NCBI GenBank assembly: GCA_963702475.1
Contig: CAVPCT010000005.1
Coordinates: forward strand, 352,001 to 416,000
Length of the DNA stretch: 64,000 nucleotides
Source of the DNA: an uncultured Thermoleophilia bacterium
GTDB taxonomy: Bacteria > Actinomycetota > Thermoleophilia > UBA2241
Reading direction: 5' to 3'
A model generated the notes under the pieces. It worked only from the letters and a program-made list of their open reading frames with translations, had not been told where the DNA came from and searched no databases. The translations under genes were made by a program, and so were the position numbers. Shown in pieces: positions 34,528 through 46,944 of the stretch (within the stretch, counting starts at the first letter, position 1; every line of letters begins with the position of its first letter).

Positions 34528-34935
34528 TCAGAACCGCCGGCGGGCGCGGCCGATGTGCACGATCTGGCCCTGACGCACCGGCACGAGCTCCGCACGGTGG
34601 GAGCGCTCCACGCGCTCGACCTCCGTGCGCATGGCCCGCATGGCATCTTCGAGGCGGGCCTGAAGGGCCAGCACCTCGGCGGCCATGACGCTCATCTGCT
34701 CCTCCATGGCCAGCACGCGCTCGACGCCGGCCAGGTTGAGGCCCAGCTCGGTGAGCTCCTGGATGCGGCGCAGCCGGTCCACGTCGCGCTGCGAGTAGCG
34801 CCGCGTGTTGCCACCGGTGCGCTGCGGATGCACCAGGCCGCGACGCTCGTACAGGCGCAGCGTCTGCGGGTGCATGCCGGCGAGCTCGGCCGCGACCGAG
34901 ATCATGAAGAGCGCCCTGTCGTCGTCACCGGTCAC
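34528..34935 (-). CDS. hspR: Heat-shock repressor HspR (MerR family)
   Basis: ISVAAELAGMHPQTLRLYERRGL...G.NLAGV. Confidence 0.93.
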   Translation of the reverse strand: MTGDDDRALFMISVAAELAGMHPQTLRLYERRGLVHPQRTGGNTRRYSQRDVDRLRRIQELTELGLNLAGVERVLAMEEQMSVMAAEVLALQARLEDAMRAMRTEVERVERSHRAELVPVRQGQIVHIGRARRRF

Positions 34936-34946
34936 GGGTCACCCTC

Positions 34947-36071
34947 TCAGGCCACCGATGCCCGCGGGTCGGGCAGTGTGACCGCGAGCTGCTCGAAGAG
35001 CTGCTTCTGCTCCTTGGTGAGCTTCTCCGGCACGCGCACACGAAGCTTTACGTGCAGGTCGCCCTGCCCGCCGCCCTTGAGCTTTGGGGCGCCCTTGCCG
35101 CGCACACGCAGCGTACGCCCGTCCTGGCTGCCGGCCGGGACCTTGAGCGAGACGTGCCCGCCGCCCGGCGTCGGGATCCTGAGCGTGGCGCCCAGGGCAG
35201 CCTCGCTGATGGTCACCGGGACCTCGAGCACGATGTTGTCCCCGTTCCGCTCGAACAGGTCGTCCTGCTCGACGTGGACGCGCACGAAGAGGTCGCCGGC
35301 CTGGCCGCCACGCTGGCCGGTCTCACCCTTGCCCTTGACCTTGATCTTGGTGCCGTCCTTGACGCCGGCTGGGATCTTCACGTTCAACGGTCTCGTGGTG
35401 TGCTGTACCCCGGTCCCACCGCAGGTGACGCAGGGCTCCTCGATGATGGTGCCCTGGCCGTGACAGCGCGGACACTGCTGCGGCATGGCGAACCCGCCCA
35501 TGCTGCGCGTGATGCTGCCGCGCCCCTGGCACTCCGGGCAGACCTTGGCCGTCGTGCCCGGCTTGGCGCCGCTGCCGTGGCAGGTCTGGCAGGCGTCGTC
35601 CTTGTCCACCGGCACGCGCACGCTCACGCCGCGCAGGGAGTCGTCGAAGGACACCGTCACGTCGACCTGCAGGTCGTCGCCGCGAGCCGACCGCTTGCGC
35701 CGGCCGCCGCCCGCCCCCCCGCCGAACAGGTTGCCCAGGATGTCGCCCAGGTCGCCCACGTCGAACTGCACGTTGCCCTGCTGGCCGAACATGCGGGGAT
35801 CGAAACCCTGGTAGCCGCCGGCGCCGGGCCTGAAGCCGCCGGCGCCCGGGCCGAAAGCCCCCAGCCGGCTCAGCTCGTCGTACTGCTTGCGCTTGTCCGG
35901 GTCGGAAAGCGTCTCATACGCCTCGCTGACCTCCTTGAACTTGTCCTCGGCGGTCTTGTCGCCGGGGTGCTTGTCCGGGTGGTACTCGCGGGCGAGCTTG
36001 CGGAACGCCTTCTTGATCTCGTCCTGGGAGGCGTTCTTGGGCACGCCCAGTGTCTGGTAGAAGTCGCTCAT
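34947..36071 (-). CDS. dnaJ: Chaperone DnaJ
   Basis: HPD J-domain, G/F region, four CxxCxGxG. Confidence 0.96.
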   Translation of the reverse strand: MSDFYQTLGVPKNASQDEIKKAFRKLAREYHPDKHPGDKTAEDKFKEVSEAYETLSDPDKRKQYDELSRLGAFGPGAGGFRPGAGGYQGFDPRMFGQQGNVQFDVGDLGDILGNLFGGGAGGGRRKRSARGDDLQVDVTVSFDDSLRGVSVRVPVDKDDACQTCHGSGAKPGTTAKVCPECQGRGSITRSMGGFAMPQQCPRCHGQGTIIEEPCVTCGGTGVQHTTRPLNVKIPAGVKDGTKIKVKGKGETGQRGGQAGDLFVRVHVEQDDLFERNGDNIVLEVPVTISEAALGATLRIPTPGGGHVSLKVPAGSQDGRTLRVRGKGAPKLKGGGQGDLHVKLRVRVPEKLTKEQKQLFEQLAVTLPDPRASVA

Positions 36072-36072
36072 C

Positions 36073-36741
36073 TCAGCTCGCCACGATGACCTTGGCCGGG
36101 CGCAGCAGCCTGCCGTGCAGCAGGTAGCCGCGCTCCAGCACCTGGGTCACCGTGCCCTCCTCGTGCTCGCCCGAGGGCTGCGCCAGGACCGCTTCATGGA
36201 TGTTGGGGTCGAACAGCGCGCCCGGCTCGACGGGCACCTCCTGCAGACCGTGCCCCTCGAGGGTGGCGCGCAGCTGGCCGGCCACGAGCCCGAGGCCGGC
36301 CAGGAGCTGGCCCTCCTCGTGCCGGGCGGCGGCCTCCAGGGCCCTGCCCATGTTGTCCATGACCGGCAGCAAGGACTCCACGACCGCCTCCGAGGCGCGC
36401 AGCCGCAGCTGCTCCTCATCGCGCTGCACGCGCTTGCGGTAGTTGTCGAACTCCGCCTTGAGGCGCTGCAAGTGGTCGACGAAGACGTCGCGCTCGGCGC
36501 ACACCCTAACGAACTCGTCGCCGCCCGCCGCTCTGACGTCCGGCATCGGGATCGGCTCGTCGTGCGTGCCGCCCGGCACCTGAACCTCGCCGGCCTTCTC
36601 CTGCCCTGCCGCCTCCGCCTGGGCCGCGCTCGCCGCCTGCTCGCCGGCCTTTGCGGCCGCCCTGGCGTCGCCCTTGTCGACCGGGATCTTCCTGGCGCCC
36701 TTGCGCTTGCCGTCGTCGCTGGGGTTCTTCCTGTCCGCCAT
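36073..36741 (-). CDS. grpE: Nucleotide exchange factor GrpE
   Basis: [22 protein letters not shown]...LLRPAKV. Confidence 0.94.
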   Translation of the reverse strand: MADRKNPSDDGKRKGARKIPVDKGDARAAAKAGEQAASAAQAEAAGQEKAGEVQVPGGTHDEPIPMPDVRAAGGDEFVRVCAERDVFVDHLQRLKAEFDNYRKRVQRDEEQLRLRASEAVVESLLPVMDNMGRALEAAARHEEGQLLAGLGLVAGQLRATLEGHGLQEVPVEPGALFDPNIHEAVLAQPSGEHEEGTVTQVLERGYLLHGRLLRPAKVIVAS

Positions 36742-36850
36742 GTCGCTCGTGTGCTCCTGTCTCGTGCCGCTCCCTGCGGCCGCGCCGCTTGAACGGCGTG
36801 GCCGCGGCGCGGCGGCTGGCCGCCGCGCCGGGCCTACGCCCGCTCGTTCC

Positions 36851-37330
36851 TCAATTCTGGGCGTCGCCCTCGGGCTGCGCCCCGGCCTTCTTGGCCTCGA
36901 CCGTCTTCTTGGCCTTGACCTCGATGCGCTTGGGCTTCTCCTCATCGACCTTGGGCACGGTGACGGTGAGGATGCCGTCGTCGTAGCTCGCCGAGATGTC
37001 GTCGGGCTTCACACCCTGAGGGAGTGCCAGACTGCGCTGGAAGCTGCCGTAGCGGCGCTCCACGCGGTAGTAGCGCTCCTCGTCGACCTTCTCATCGAAT
37101 CTGCGCTCACCCTTGACCGTGAGCACGTTGTCCTCTACCTCGATCTGGATGTCGTCGGGGTCCATGCCGGCCAGCTCGGCCTTCACCACCACGGCGTCCT
37201 TGTTGTCGAAGACGTCCACAGCCGGCAGCCAGCTCTCCTGACGCCCGCCCCACATCTGGTCCACGAGCCGGTTGAACTGGCTCTGGACGTTCGTCATCTC
37301 GCGGAACGGGTCCCACCTGATGATCGCCAT
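36851..37330 (-). CDS. Hsp20/alpha-crystallin small heat-shock protein
   Basis: WDPFRE, PAVDV, ERRYGSFQRS, ASYDDGILTVTVPK. Confidence 0.93.
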   Translation of the reverse strand: MAIIRWDPFREMTNVQSQFNRLVDQMWGGRQESWLPAVDVFDNKDAVVVKAELAGMDPDDIQIEVEDNVLTVKGERRFDEKVDEERYYRVERRYGSFQRSLALPQGVKPDDISASYDDGILTVTVPKVDEEKPKRIEVKAKKTVEAKKAGAQPEGDAQN

Positions 37331-37412
37331 CGTTGACACCTCCTCGTGTCTCGGGTGTTCCGGCGGGCGGCACCGACGAATGGGCGCCACCCGCCGCGAC
37401 TCCTGTGAGTCG

Positions 37413-39311
<1,899 letters not shown>

Positions 39312-39353
39312 CTACCTTCCTCCTTGCGGATTGCAGCGTGCCGAAGCACAAAA

Positions 39354-39374
39354 TATGAGTCAGTTCGTGTCAAC
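39354..39374. promoter_or_regulatory. HAIR-like HspR operator upstream of dnaK
   Basis: TATGAGT-N7-TGTCAAC compared with the consensus CTTGAGT-N7-ACTCAAG; overlaps TTGACA on the minus strand. Confidence 0.65.
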
Positions 39375-39978
39375 TTTATGCCCTGGTCCTTTGAGGAGCA
39401 AACACGCGGGCCCTTCGGCCGCCCTCGCTCCGCGTCACGCTTTGAGGCCCTGCCGACGGCGGCACGACGTGAGATCGTTCGGGCGGCCGAGACGCGCACG
39501 CCGACGCGAGCCGGCACGTCGTTTTCCTACCTTCCCTCGAGGCTCCGTGTCAGCTCCGGCAACGGCGTCGCGAGGCATCTCGCCTGTGGCGCTCCGAGGG
39601 GTGAAAGACGCGTGGACCGGCGCCGTTCATCTGATAGATTCCGAGGGTCATGACCCGACGGTCATTACGCTTCTTTAAGATTGCCAACGCACACAGAATC
39701 GTGTATACCGTCACAATCTCCGCATACCCCCAAGGGTGTGCAGGGCGAGGAGCACGAGCAATGGGGACTCGGGGGACACCACGCGTGACACGCGCGACCA
39801 AGCCACACCGTGGCTCGGCGGCTTCGCGACCCCACTCCCTCCTCTCTCTCCACGAATACCGTCACACGTTGCCCGGGCTTCGCGTGGCGTGTTCGACCAC
39901 CATTCCGCTGAGGGGGAAGGAGGTGATTCTGTGAGAGCGGACAAGCATTCTTCTTCCCCGACCTGCAAGGAGGTGACC

Positions 39979-41724
39979 ATGGCAAAGCGCTTACTCCTCG
40001 TCGCTGTGATTCTGGCCGCCGTCCTTGTGGTCGCGGCCCCGGCGCTCGCCTTCAACGGCGCGCGCGAAGACTACACGCCGTCCGACACCTGCAAGGGCTG
40101 CCACCAGGGCATGGCGAGCATCCCCGCGGTGTACGACATGTGGGCCGAGACCAAGCACTCCGAGGCCAACGCGGACAACCAGAGCCTCCGTCTGCCGTAC
40201 GGCAGCGTGTGCGGCGGTTGCCACACCGGCAACTATGCGCCGGGCAAGGTCGTGCCGACCCCGACCGCGACGTCCAGCACCGGCGCCGTCACGTGGGTCG
40301 CCGGCAACGTGACGCCCGACACGGCTCATCAGGCCGACGGCAACTCCGCCGCGTCCGAGCTGGCCGTCGGGTGCTCCTCGTGCCACCAGAGCCAGACGGC
40401 GGCGCACGCAGCGCCGCAGGTCAACCTGGCGAACCCGGACATCTGCGGCCAGTGCCACACGCGCTACAGCTACACGGTCGCGACGTACTCCGTCGCCCCC
40501 GTGCCGTACGTCAGCGTGGCAGCCGGCTCGCCGGTGCCGAACCCGAACCAGACCACGCTCATCCAGCCGCAGATGGCCATCGGCTTCTCGCCGATGGGCG
40601 ACGCGGCTGGTGGCTGGGCCCCGGCTTCGCTGACGACCAACCTCAACATCCCGACTCCGGGCTGGTCGCCGACTCCCGATCCCAAGGCCACCACGGCCGG
40701 CTTCGGTCGTCTGCAGACTTACTGGCAGCTGGACGGCGAGACTCTGCCGTGGGCCCAGACAGCCCACGACGGCAACGCCCAGCAGTACTCCGAGTGGTAC
40801 GGCCCGGCCGACAACCACCGCTTCGCGCTCGAGAACCTGAAGAAGGCCGTGGGTCCCAACCCGCCGGCTGAGTGCCTCGAGTGCCACAGCGCCGACTACA
40901 TCATCGCGGAAGAGGGCGACAAGCCCACTGGCGCGGAGACCAAGTACGGCATCGCCTGTGTGGGCTGCCATACCCCGCACGAGCGCGGCACCGCCGAGGG
41001 CGCGTGGAGCGAGGAGTTCACTCCTCAGCTGCGCTACGACAACGCCGCCAAGCTCTGCTCAAGCTGCCACCAGGCTCTGCTTAACGGCAAGGTGGCGAAG
41101 GCCGGCACCACCGTCCACAACCCCATGAAGGAGATGATGGACGGCTCCGGCGCCATCGGCGTCATGCAGGGCTCCCCAAGCGTCCACAGGGGCAAGTGCG
41201 TGGAGTGCCACATGCCGCCGACCACTTTCAGCCGCGGCAGCGTGCAGCTCGGCGCCAACCACACCTTCAAGATCATCGAGCCGGAGGTAGCGGCCGAGGC
41301 TTCGCCTATCCCGGTCCGCACGACGACCCCGACGCCGGGTGCGTCGCCGTCGATTACTTACAGCTCGATGCCGTTCTCCGCGTGCACGACCTGCCACAGC
41401 CGTCCTGGTGACGAAGCCGCCACCTGGCTGCAGCACGTCATCGACGACCGTCAGGTCGCCATGCACCGCTGGAACGACCAGGTCACGGCTGCTCTGACAG
41501 TGGCTGCCAAGAAGCTCGGCTTCAAGAGCACGGCTGCCGCCAACACCGCGATCAACAAGAAGCCGATGAAGAAGTGGACCAAGAACCAGATGAGCTTCCA
41601 GAAGGCGTTCACGAACCAGACGTACATCGTGAACGAGGGCAGCTGGGGCATCCACAACTGGGATTACGCACGCACCGTCATCCTGACGGCGCTGTCGCAG
41701 GCCCGGTCCGTCAACGGCAAGTAA
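39979..41724 (+). CDS. Secreted nonaheme cytochrome c, 581 aa
   Basis: Signal peptide; 9 CxxCH; C-terminal helical region with EGSWGIHN (NrfA/c552-like motif). Confidence 0.88.
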   Translation: MAKRLLLVAVILAAVLVVAAPALAFNGAREDYTPSDTCKGCHQGMASIPAVYDMWAETKHSEANADNQSLRLPYGSVCGGCHTGNYAPGKVVPTPTATSSTGAVTWVAGNVTPDTAHQADGNSAASELAVGCSSCHQSQTAAHAAPQVNLANPDICGQCHTRYSYTVATYSVAPVPYVSVAAGSPVPNPNQTTLIQPQMAIGFSPMGDAAGGWAPASLTTNLNIPTPGWSPTPDPKATTAGFGRLQTYWQLDGETLPWAQTAHDGNAQQYSEWYGPADNHRFALENLKKAVGPNPPAECLECHSADYIIAEEGDKPTGAETKYGIACVGCHTPHERGTAEGAWSEEFTPQLRYDNAAKLCSSCHQALLNGKVAKAGTTVHNPMKEMMDGSGAIGVMQGSPSVHRGKCVECHMPPTTFSRGSVQLGANHTFKIIEPEVAAEASPIPVRTTTPTPGASPSITYSSMPFSACTTCHSRPGDEAATWLQHVIDDRQVAMHRWNDQVTAALTVAAKKLGFKSTAAANTAINKKPMKKWTKNQMSFQKAFTNQTYIVNEGSWGIHNWDYARTVILTALSQARSVNGK

Positions 41725-41764
41725 GACCGATTCCCCTACGGCCCCCGGGTCGTGCGTGAGTCAC

Positions 41765-41799
41765 AAGGGCGGCTCCCCCTCGGGGGAGCCGCCCTTCTT
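41765..41799 (+). terminator. Intrinsic terminator
   Basis: aagggcggctcccc-ctcg-ggggagccgccctt followed by cttc. Confidence 0.75.
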
Positions 41800-42078
41800 C
41801 GTGCCTTCGTGAAAGGCGGCCGCTCCGGCCGAGCGGGCACGGCCCTTGTCCGTCCGGACGGACACACATCCGCACACCGTTCGCCGTTCGTATTGCCGAT
41901 TCGGCTGCCGAAACGGCTAATTCTTTGCCGAACCCTACACATCCGCTTGCGAGTCATATAGAATCGCTGCGACCATGCCAGAGGTCCGCCCGCCCTGTCT
42001 CACGGCGGCGCCGTCAGCATCAGGTACTGCCGCCCCGACCGCAGGCCGGGGCGGGACAACTGTGAAGGAGCAGCCCAC

Positions 42079-43458
42079 ATGGCAGAGTGCGTACCGAACC
42101 GCAAGCTCATCGCGGAACTCATGGAGAAGGAAGAGAAGCGGCTCGAGAAGGAGACGCCGAAGTCCTACGAGCTCTACCAGCGGGCCATCAAGCACATGCC
42201 CATGGGCGTCGCCTCCACCTATCACGCGCGCGACCCGTACCCGGTCTACTTCACCCACGGCAAGGGCCCGCACATCTGGAGCGTCGAGGGCAGGGAGATC
42301 GTCGACTTCCACAACGGCTACGGGTGCATGGTGCAGGGTCACGCCCATCCGCTGATCGTCGAGGCCATCCAGAAGCGCGCCCCGCTCGGCACGCAGTTCG
42401 GTCTGCCGACCGAGGACGCCATCATCATGGCCGAGCACCTCGCCGGCGCCTTCAAGCTCCCGCAGTGGCGCTTCGTGAACTCGGGCTCCGAGGCCACGAT
42501 GGACGCCATCCGCGTCGCCCGCGCCTTCACCGGCCGCGAGACCATCGTCAAGATGTTCGGCTCGTACCACGGCCATCACGACTACGTCATGGTCAGCATC
42601 GGCGCGCTCGACTACGGCAAGATCGGCCCGCGCGACAACTACGCCTCGCTCCCCTACGGCGGCGGCATCCCGCAGGCCTCCATCGACATGACCATCCCGG
42701 TGCCGTTCAACGACATCGAGAACATGACCAAGCGCATCGAAAGCCTGATCGAGCAGGGCGACCCGCCGGCCTGCGTCATCATGGAAGCGGCCATGATGAA
42801 TCTCGGCGTCGTGCTCCCCGAGCCGGGCTTCCTCGAAGGCGTGCGCGCACTCACCAAGAAGCACGGCATCGTGCTCATCTTCGACGACGTCAAGGTCGGC
42901 ATCTGCACCGCCCGCGGCGGCGCAGTCGAGCGCTGGGGCGTCCTGCCCGACATGGTCACCCTCGGCAAGGCGATCGCCGGCGGCACCCCCTGCGGCGCCA
43001 TCGGCGGTAGCGAGGAGATCATGGCCAAGGTCAACGACGGTACCGTCTTCCAGGTCGGCACCTACTCGGGCAACCCGCTCAGCATGGCCGCCGCGCGCGC
43101 CAGCTTCGAGCAGGTCATGACCGACGATGCCTACGCGCACCTCAACAAGCTGAACGACCGGATCATCTCCAAGTGCGACGCCGTCTGCCAGAAGTACGAC
43201 TTCCCCGGCTACACCGTCGGCATCTCGTCCAAGGGCTGCGTCAACTTCGCCCTCGGCAAGATCACCGACTACGAGTCGTTCATCAAGGAGCAGGACGCCG
43301 AGCTCGTCGCCCTGGCGTGGCTGTACAACATCAACCGCGGCCTCATCATCGCCCCCGGCCGCGAAGAGGAGTGGACGCTGTCGATAACGCACACCGACGC
43401 CGACGTCGATCTGTTCGTGGACGCGTTCGAGGACCTCGTCCGCGACGTCACCGCCTGA
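42079..43458 (+). CDS. Class III PLP aminotransferase (glutamate-1-semialdehyde aminomutase-like)
   Basis: FVNSGSEATM, YHGHHD, IFDDVK, LGKAIAGG, GTYSGNP. Confidence 0.85.
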   Translation: MAECVPNRKLIAELMEKEEKRLEKETPKSYELYQRAIKHMPMGVASTYHARDPYPVYFTHGKGPHIWSVEGREIVDFHNGYGCMVQGHAHPLIVEAIQKRAPLGTQFGLPTEDAIIMAEHLAGAFKLPQWRFVNSGSEATMDAIRVARAFTGRETIVKMFGSYHGHHDYVMVSIGALDYGKIGPRDNYASLPYGGGIPQASIDMTIPVPFNDIENMTKRIESLIEQGDPPACVIMEAAMMNLGVVLPEPGFLEGVRALTKKHGIVLIFDDVKVGICTARGGAVERWGVLPDMVTLGKAIAGGTPCGAIGGSEEIMAKVNDGTVFQVGTYSGNPLSMAAARASFEQVMTDDAYAHLNKLNDRIISKCDAVCQKYDFPGYTVGISSKGCVNFALGKITDYESFIKEQDAELVALAWLYNINRGLIIAPGREEEWTLSITHTDADVDLFVDAFEDLVRDVTA

Positions 43459-43512
43459 CCAGAGGCCGAGGAGACGGCGCCGGGCGCGGGCGTGCGCTCC
43501 GCCCGGCGCCCG

Positions 43513-44319
43513 TCACTCCTGCAAGGCGTCGAGCAACAGGCTCACCTCGGCCCACACGCTCTCGCGGTGCGCCTGCAGGCCTGCGGCGCCGGCCGCACGA
43601 CTGCCGGGCTCGGCCCGGACCAGCAACACACCGGCCTCCACCAGCCGGCCGAGGATGCTGACCACGGTGAGCTCCTCGAGACGAGAGACATCGACTATCT
43701 CCGCCACGGTGCGCCTGTCGTCGACCAGGGCGAGCACGAAGAACTCGTCGCGCGCCAGCGTGAGCGGCGCGTGCGGTAGAGTCTCGTAGTGGGTGTTGCG
43801 CACGAGCACCGTGTCGGCCTGGCCCAGCACCTCCACGGCCAGACAGTACTGCCCGCCCAGGGCTGAGATGTCCATGAGCACCGACGAGGTGTCGATGGTG
43901 ACGAAGTCCACGGGAGCGCCGTCCTGGTCGGCCACGAACACGAACGATCCGGAGGTCTCGAGCTTGGCAGCGACGAGCGTGCTGGCAATCTGCCGCGACA
44001 GCACCTCGATGAGGTCGGCCTCGTTCACGAAGCCGGCCTCCACGAGCAGGGTGCCGAGCGGACGCGGCGCGGACTCCTGCAACGTCAGCGCTTCGCGCAG
44101 CTGGCTGTCGTTGACCAGCGCGCGCCGCAGCAGCTGCGTGCCGATGACGGTGTCGGTAGCCACACGCGTGGAGTCGCGCGTCTCCGCGATGCGCCCGTGC
44201 ACGAAGTGCACGTCCACGAGGCGGCCGGGACATTCGATGTGGAGGGTCCCGGAGCGCCGCGTGCGTCCCAGCATCTGGAGGATCTCGACGACGCCGAAGG
44301 TGTCCAGTGTCCCCTGCAT
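43513..44319 (-). CDS. DUF4388-like domain protein
   Basis: MQGTLDTFGVVEILQML...SGTL...F..GRI; LGTLLV. Confidence 0.75.
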   Translation of the reverse strand: MQGTLDTFGVVEILQMLGRTRRSGTLHIECPGRLVDVHFVHGRIAETRDSTRVATDTVIGTQLLRRALVNDSQLREALTLQESAPRPLGTLLVEAGFVNEADLIEVLSRQIASTLVAAKLETSGSFVFVADQDGAPVDFVTIDTSSVLMDISALGGQYCLAVEVLGQADTVLVRNTHYETLPHAPLTLARDEFFVLALVDDRRTVAEIVDVSRLEELTVVSILGRLVEAGVLLVRAEPGSRAAGAAGLQAHRESVWAEVSLLLDALQE

Positions 44320-44346
44320 TCCGGCCCGAGTCTATAATCGGGCCGC

Positions 44347-44997
44347 ATGAACGTCGACCTGCACACCCACACCTATCCGGCTTCCGACTGCTCGCACATC
44401 AGTTACCGCGACTACCTCGCCTGGTGCCGGCAGCATGCGGTCGAGGCCATCGCCCTCACCAACCACGGCGACGTGGACGACAATCGCAAGCTCGAGGGCG
44501 CCCTGGCGGCGGAGGGTGTGCTGCTGCTGCACGGCGTGGAGATCAGCACCATGTTCGGCGACTTCGTGGTGTTCTCCCCGGACCTCGACTATCTCTCCGG
44601 CTTCCGTGCCGTGCAGGAGTTCCTGCACCCCGACGAGGTGCCGGGCCACGCTGCCGTCGTCTGGGTGCACCCCGGCGCCGGCGGCGGACGCAGCGGCGCA
44701 GCGTACTACCCCGGGGTCGAACGCATGGTGGCGGGAGCGATCCATGCTGTGGAGGTGTACAACAGCAGCTGGCTGGGAGAGCGGTACGTGGCCGCCGCGG
44801 AGGACATCGCCGCCCACCTCGGCGTGAGCCGCACGGGCGGGAGCGACGCGCACCAGGTGGACGACCTCATGCGCTGCTACACCGAGCTCCCGGACCCGGT
44901 GCGCTCCACCGCCGACGTCGTGACCGCACTCAGGAGTCGCAGTACACGGCCGGTCCGGCCTGACGTCGAGAGACGGCGCCGCTTCGGCATCTTCTAG
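44347..44997 (+). CDS. PHP-domain phosphoesterase
   Basis: DLHTHT, TNH, GVE, HP, EVYN, GGSDAH. Confidence 0.88.
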   Translation: MNVDLHTHTYPASDCSHISYRDYLAWCRQHAVEAIALTNHGDVDDNRKLEGALAAEGVLLLHGVEISTMFGDFVVFSPDLDYLSGFRAVQEFLHPDEVPGHAAVVWVHPGAGGGRSGAAYYPGVERMVAGAIHAVEVYNSSWLGERYVAAAEDIAAHLGVSRTGGSDAHQVDDLMRCYTELPDPVRSTADVVTALRSRSTRPVRPDVERRRRFGIF

Positions 44998-45003
44998 GAG
45001 GCG

Positions 45004-45405
45004 ATGGTGAACGGGTTCGACGTCAAGACCGGCCGAACAGTGGAGCTCGTGGATGTCACGGCGCAGGTGCAGAGCGCCGTCGCCGCTCACGGCGCGAGCG
45101 ACGGCGCCGTGCTCGTGTTCGTGCCGCACACCACGGCAGGCGTCACCATCAACGAGGACGCCGACCCGTCGGTGCGGGGCGATATCGCCATGGCGCTGGA
45201 GCGTCTCGTGCCCAGCGACCTGCCGTTCGCGCACGTCGAGGGCAACGCGGACGCGCACGTGAAGGCCAGCCTCATGGGCAGCAGCGTGCTCGTGCCGCTG
45301 GCCGGCGGCCACCTGCAGCTCGGCACGTGGCAGGGCATCTACTTCGCTGAGTTCGACGGCCCCCGGCGCCGGCACGTGCTCGTGAGCGTGCTGGCCGGCG
45401 CCTGA
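45004..45405 (+). CDS. yjbQ: YjbQ (UPF0047) family protein
   Basis: PHTTAGVTINE, GNADAH, LGTWQGIYFAEFDGPR. Confidence 0.92.
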   Translation: MVNGFDVKTGRTVELVDVTAQVQSAVAAHGASDGAVLVFVPHTTAGVTINEDADPSVRGDIAMALERLVPSDLPFAHVEGNADAHVKASLMGSSVLVPLAGGHLQLGTWQGIYFAEFDGPRRRHVLVSVLAGA

Positions 45406-45441
45406 AACGCCCCCGCGGGCGGACCGTCGCCGACTCGTCGG

Positions 45442-46944
45442 CTACCGCCCCAGCACCCGTTCGAAGAGGTGCTTGAGCGGGTCGGTGCACAGACGCCCAC
45501 CCCCGTGCTTGAGCAGCAGGCGTTCGGCCGGCCAGTGCTGTCCGTCGGACCACATCTGCGTGATCCACGCGGCGGCCTCCGGGCTGTGGAACCAGTCCAA
45601 GCCGTGCCTGTCCTGCAGCATCATGCGGAACGCGCCCTCGAGCATCCACGCGCGCAGGTACTCGGCGCAGTAGAAGGCGTCGTCCACGTCTACCAGGTAG
45701 TTCTCGGCCGGCACCTCGATCTTGGTCGCGCGGCTCAGCTTGCGGCTGTACACCTCGGCGAGGGCCGAGAGGTCGCCGTTCGCACGATGCAGTTCGGTCT
45801 CGTAGGAGAGCTTGGCCGCGTAGCGGCGCATGAAGTACAGGTCGTTCACGGCCGCGAACCGCCGGTACTCGTCGGACTCGGCGTAGTCGAGGTACTCCTC
45901 GAGCCACAGCTTGTTGACGATGAGGTGCTCCATCACGAAGGCGAACCCCTCCGTCACGGCGTTGTCGCCCAGGTGCCTGTACTCGAAGGGCAGATCGGAG
46001 GCCACGTGCGCGAAGTGCTCGGTGTGCCCCGCCTCGTGGAACAGGGCGCCGTAGTCGTCCTGTCCACCGTGGGGCAGGACGACGAGGTAGATCTCGCCCG
46101 GCACCCGGACGGGGGAACAGAACGCCCGCGGGGACTTGAGCGGCCTGACCTCCGTGTCGAGGTGCACGTTGGCCTGCGCGTCGAGGTCGATGCCCATGCC
46201 GGCGAGCGTGGCGCGCAGCGACGGGACCAGACGGTCACCGCTGAACGCATGGTCGAACCCCCGCGCCCGCCAAAGGTACGGGAGGTCCGAGAACTGCAAC
46301 TCCGCAAGCTTGACGCCCAGTCGCTCGCGAGTGAGCCGATCCATGGAGCGCTCGTACACTCCGTCGGTCTCGGTGAGGAACCCCTCCAGCTCCGCGCGCA
46401 GGTGCAGGTAGTCATGACCCTTGACCGTGGAGTAGAGCTCCATGTAGTCCGGGTAGCCCAGGCCGACGGCGAGCTCGTGCACCTCTGTCCACAGCCGGCG
46501 CAGCATGGGGTTGAGGACGCGGTCCGTAGCTTCGAGCCGCGCGTGCTGGATGCGCCGCCGCCGCGCCGCATCGGGCTCGTTGGCCTGCACCACGACGGCC
46601 TGACGCAGGCCGATGGTCTCGCCGTCGACCGCGATGGTGGCGGCGCCCTCGGTGTTGGCGATCTCGTCGCCCAGGTGTCTGGTCTCGCCGCCCAGATAGC
46701 CGTCGACGGCGAAGGTGACCAGGTACATGAGACGGCGCTTCTCCTCGAGGTCCGCCGTGGCCTCGTAGAGAGCGTCGAGCTCCAGCACGGATTCGCGCGT
46801 GAACAGCTCGGCGAAGCGGTCGTACACGACGGCGCTGTCGAGAGTCTCCTTGCGGCCGGAGAAATGCTCGTAGTGCTCGCGATCGAGAGCCTCGATGAAG
46901 GCCTCGGCGCGGCGGCGGTACTCGCTGAGGTCGATCGCGGTCAC
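45442..46944 (-). CDS. M3-like zinc metallopeptidase
   Basis: KSPRAF; LFHEAGH; downstream TEGFA Glu ligand. Confidence 0.7.
   Translation of the reverse strand: MTAIDLSEYRRRAEAFIEALDREHYEHFSGRKETLDSAVVYDRFAELFTRESVLELDALYEATADLEEKRRLMYLVTFAVDGYLGGETRHLGDEIANTEGAATIAVDGETIGLRQAVVVQANEPDAARRRRIQHARLEATDRVLNPMLRRLWTEVHELAVGLGYPDYMELYSTVKGHDYLHLRAELEGFLTETDGVYERSMDRLTRERLGVKLAELQFSDLPYLWRARGFDHAFSGDRLVPSLRATLAGMGIDLDAQANVHLDTEVRPLKSPRAFCSPVRVPGEIYLVVLPHGGQDDYGALFHEAGHTEHFAHVASDLPFEYRHLGDNAVTEGFAFVMEHLIVNKLWLEEYLDYAESDEYRRFAAVNDLYFMRRYAAKLSYETELHRANGDLSALAEVYSRKLSRATKIEVPAENYLVDVDDAFYCAEYLRAWMLEGAFRMMLQDRHGLDWFHSPEAAAWITQMWSDGQHWPAERLLLKHGGGRLCTDPLKHLFERVLGR

Noticed and set aside
31654-35463. 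Very long antisense ORFs (1269 aa here; also 37272-39653, 24468-26408, 2611-5007)
   Set aside because: Shadows of high-GC genes on the opposite strand with no motifs of their own; 2611-5007 only borrows the MBL gene's N-terminus
34947-36071. CxxCH motifs in DnaJ as heme sites
   Set aside because: They belong to the CxxCxGxG zinc finger of a cytoplasmic chaperone
42079-43458. Assigning the symbol hemL
   Set aside because: Family-level similarity only; no hem genes nearby and motifs diverge (FDDVK)
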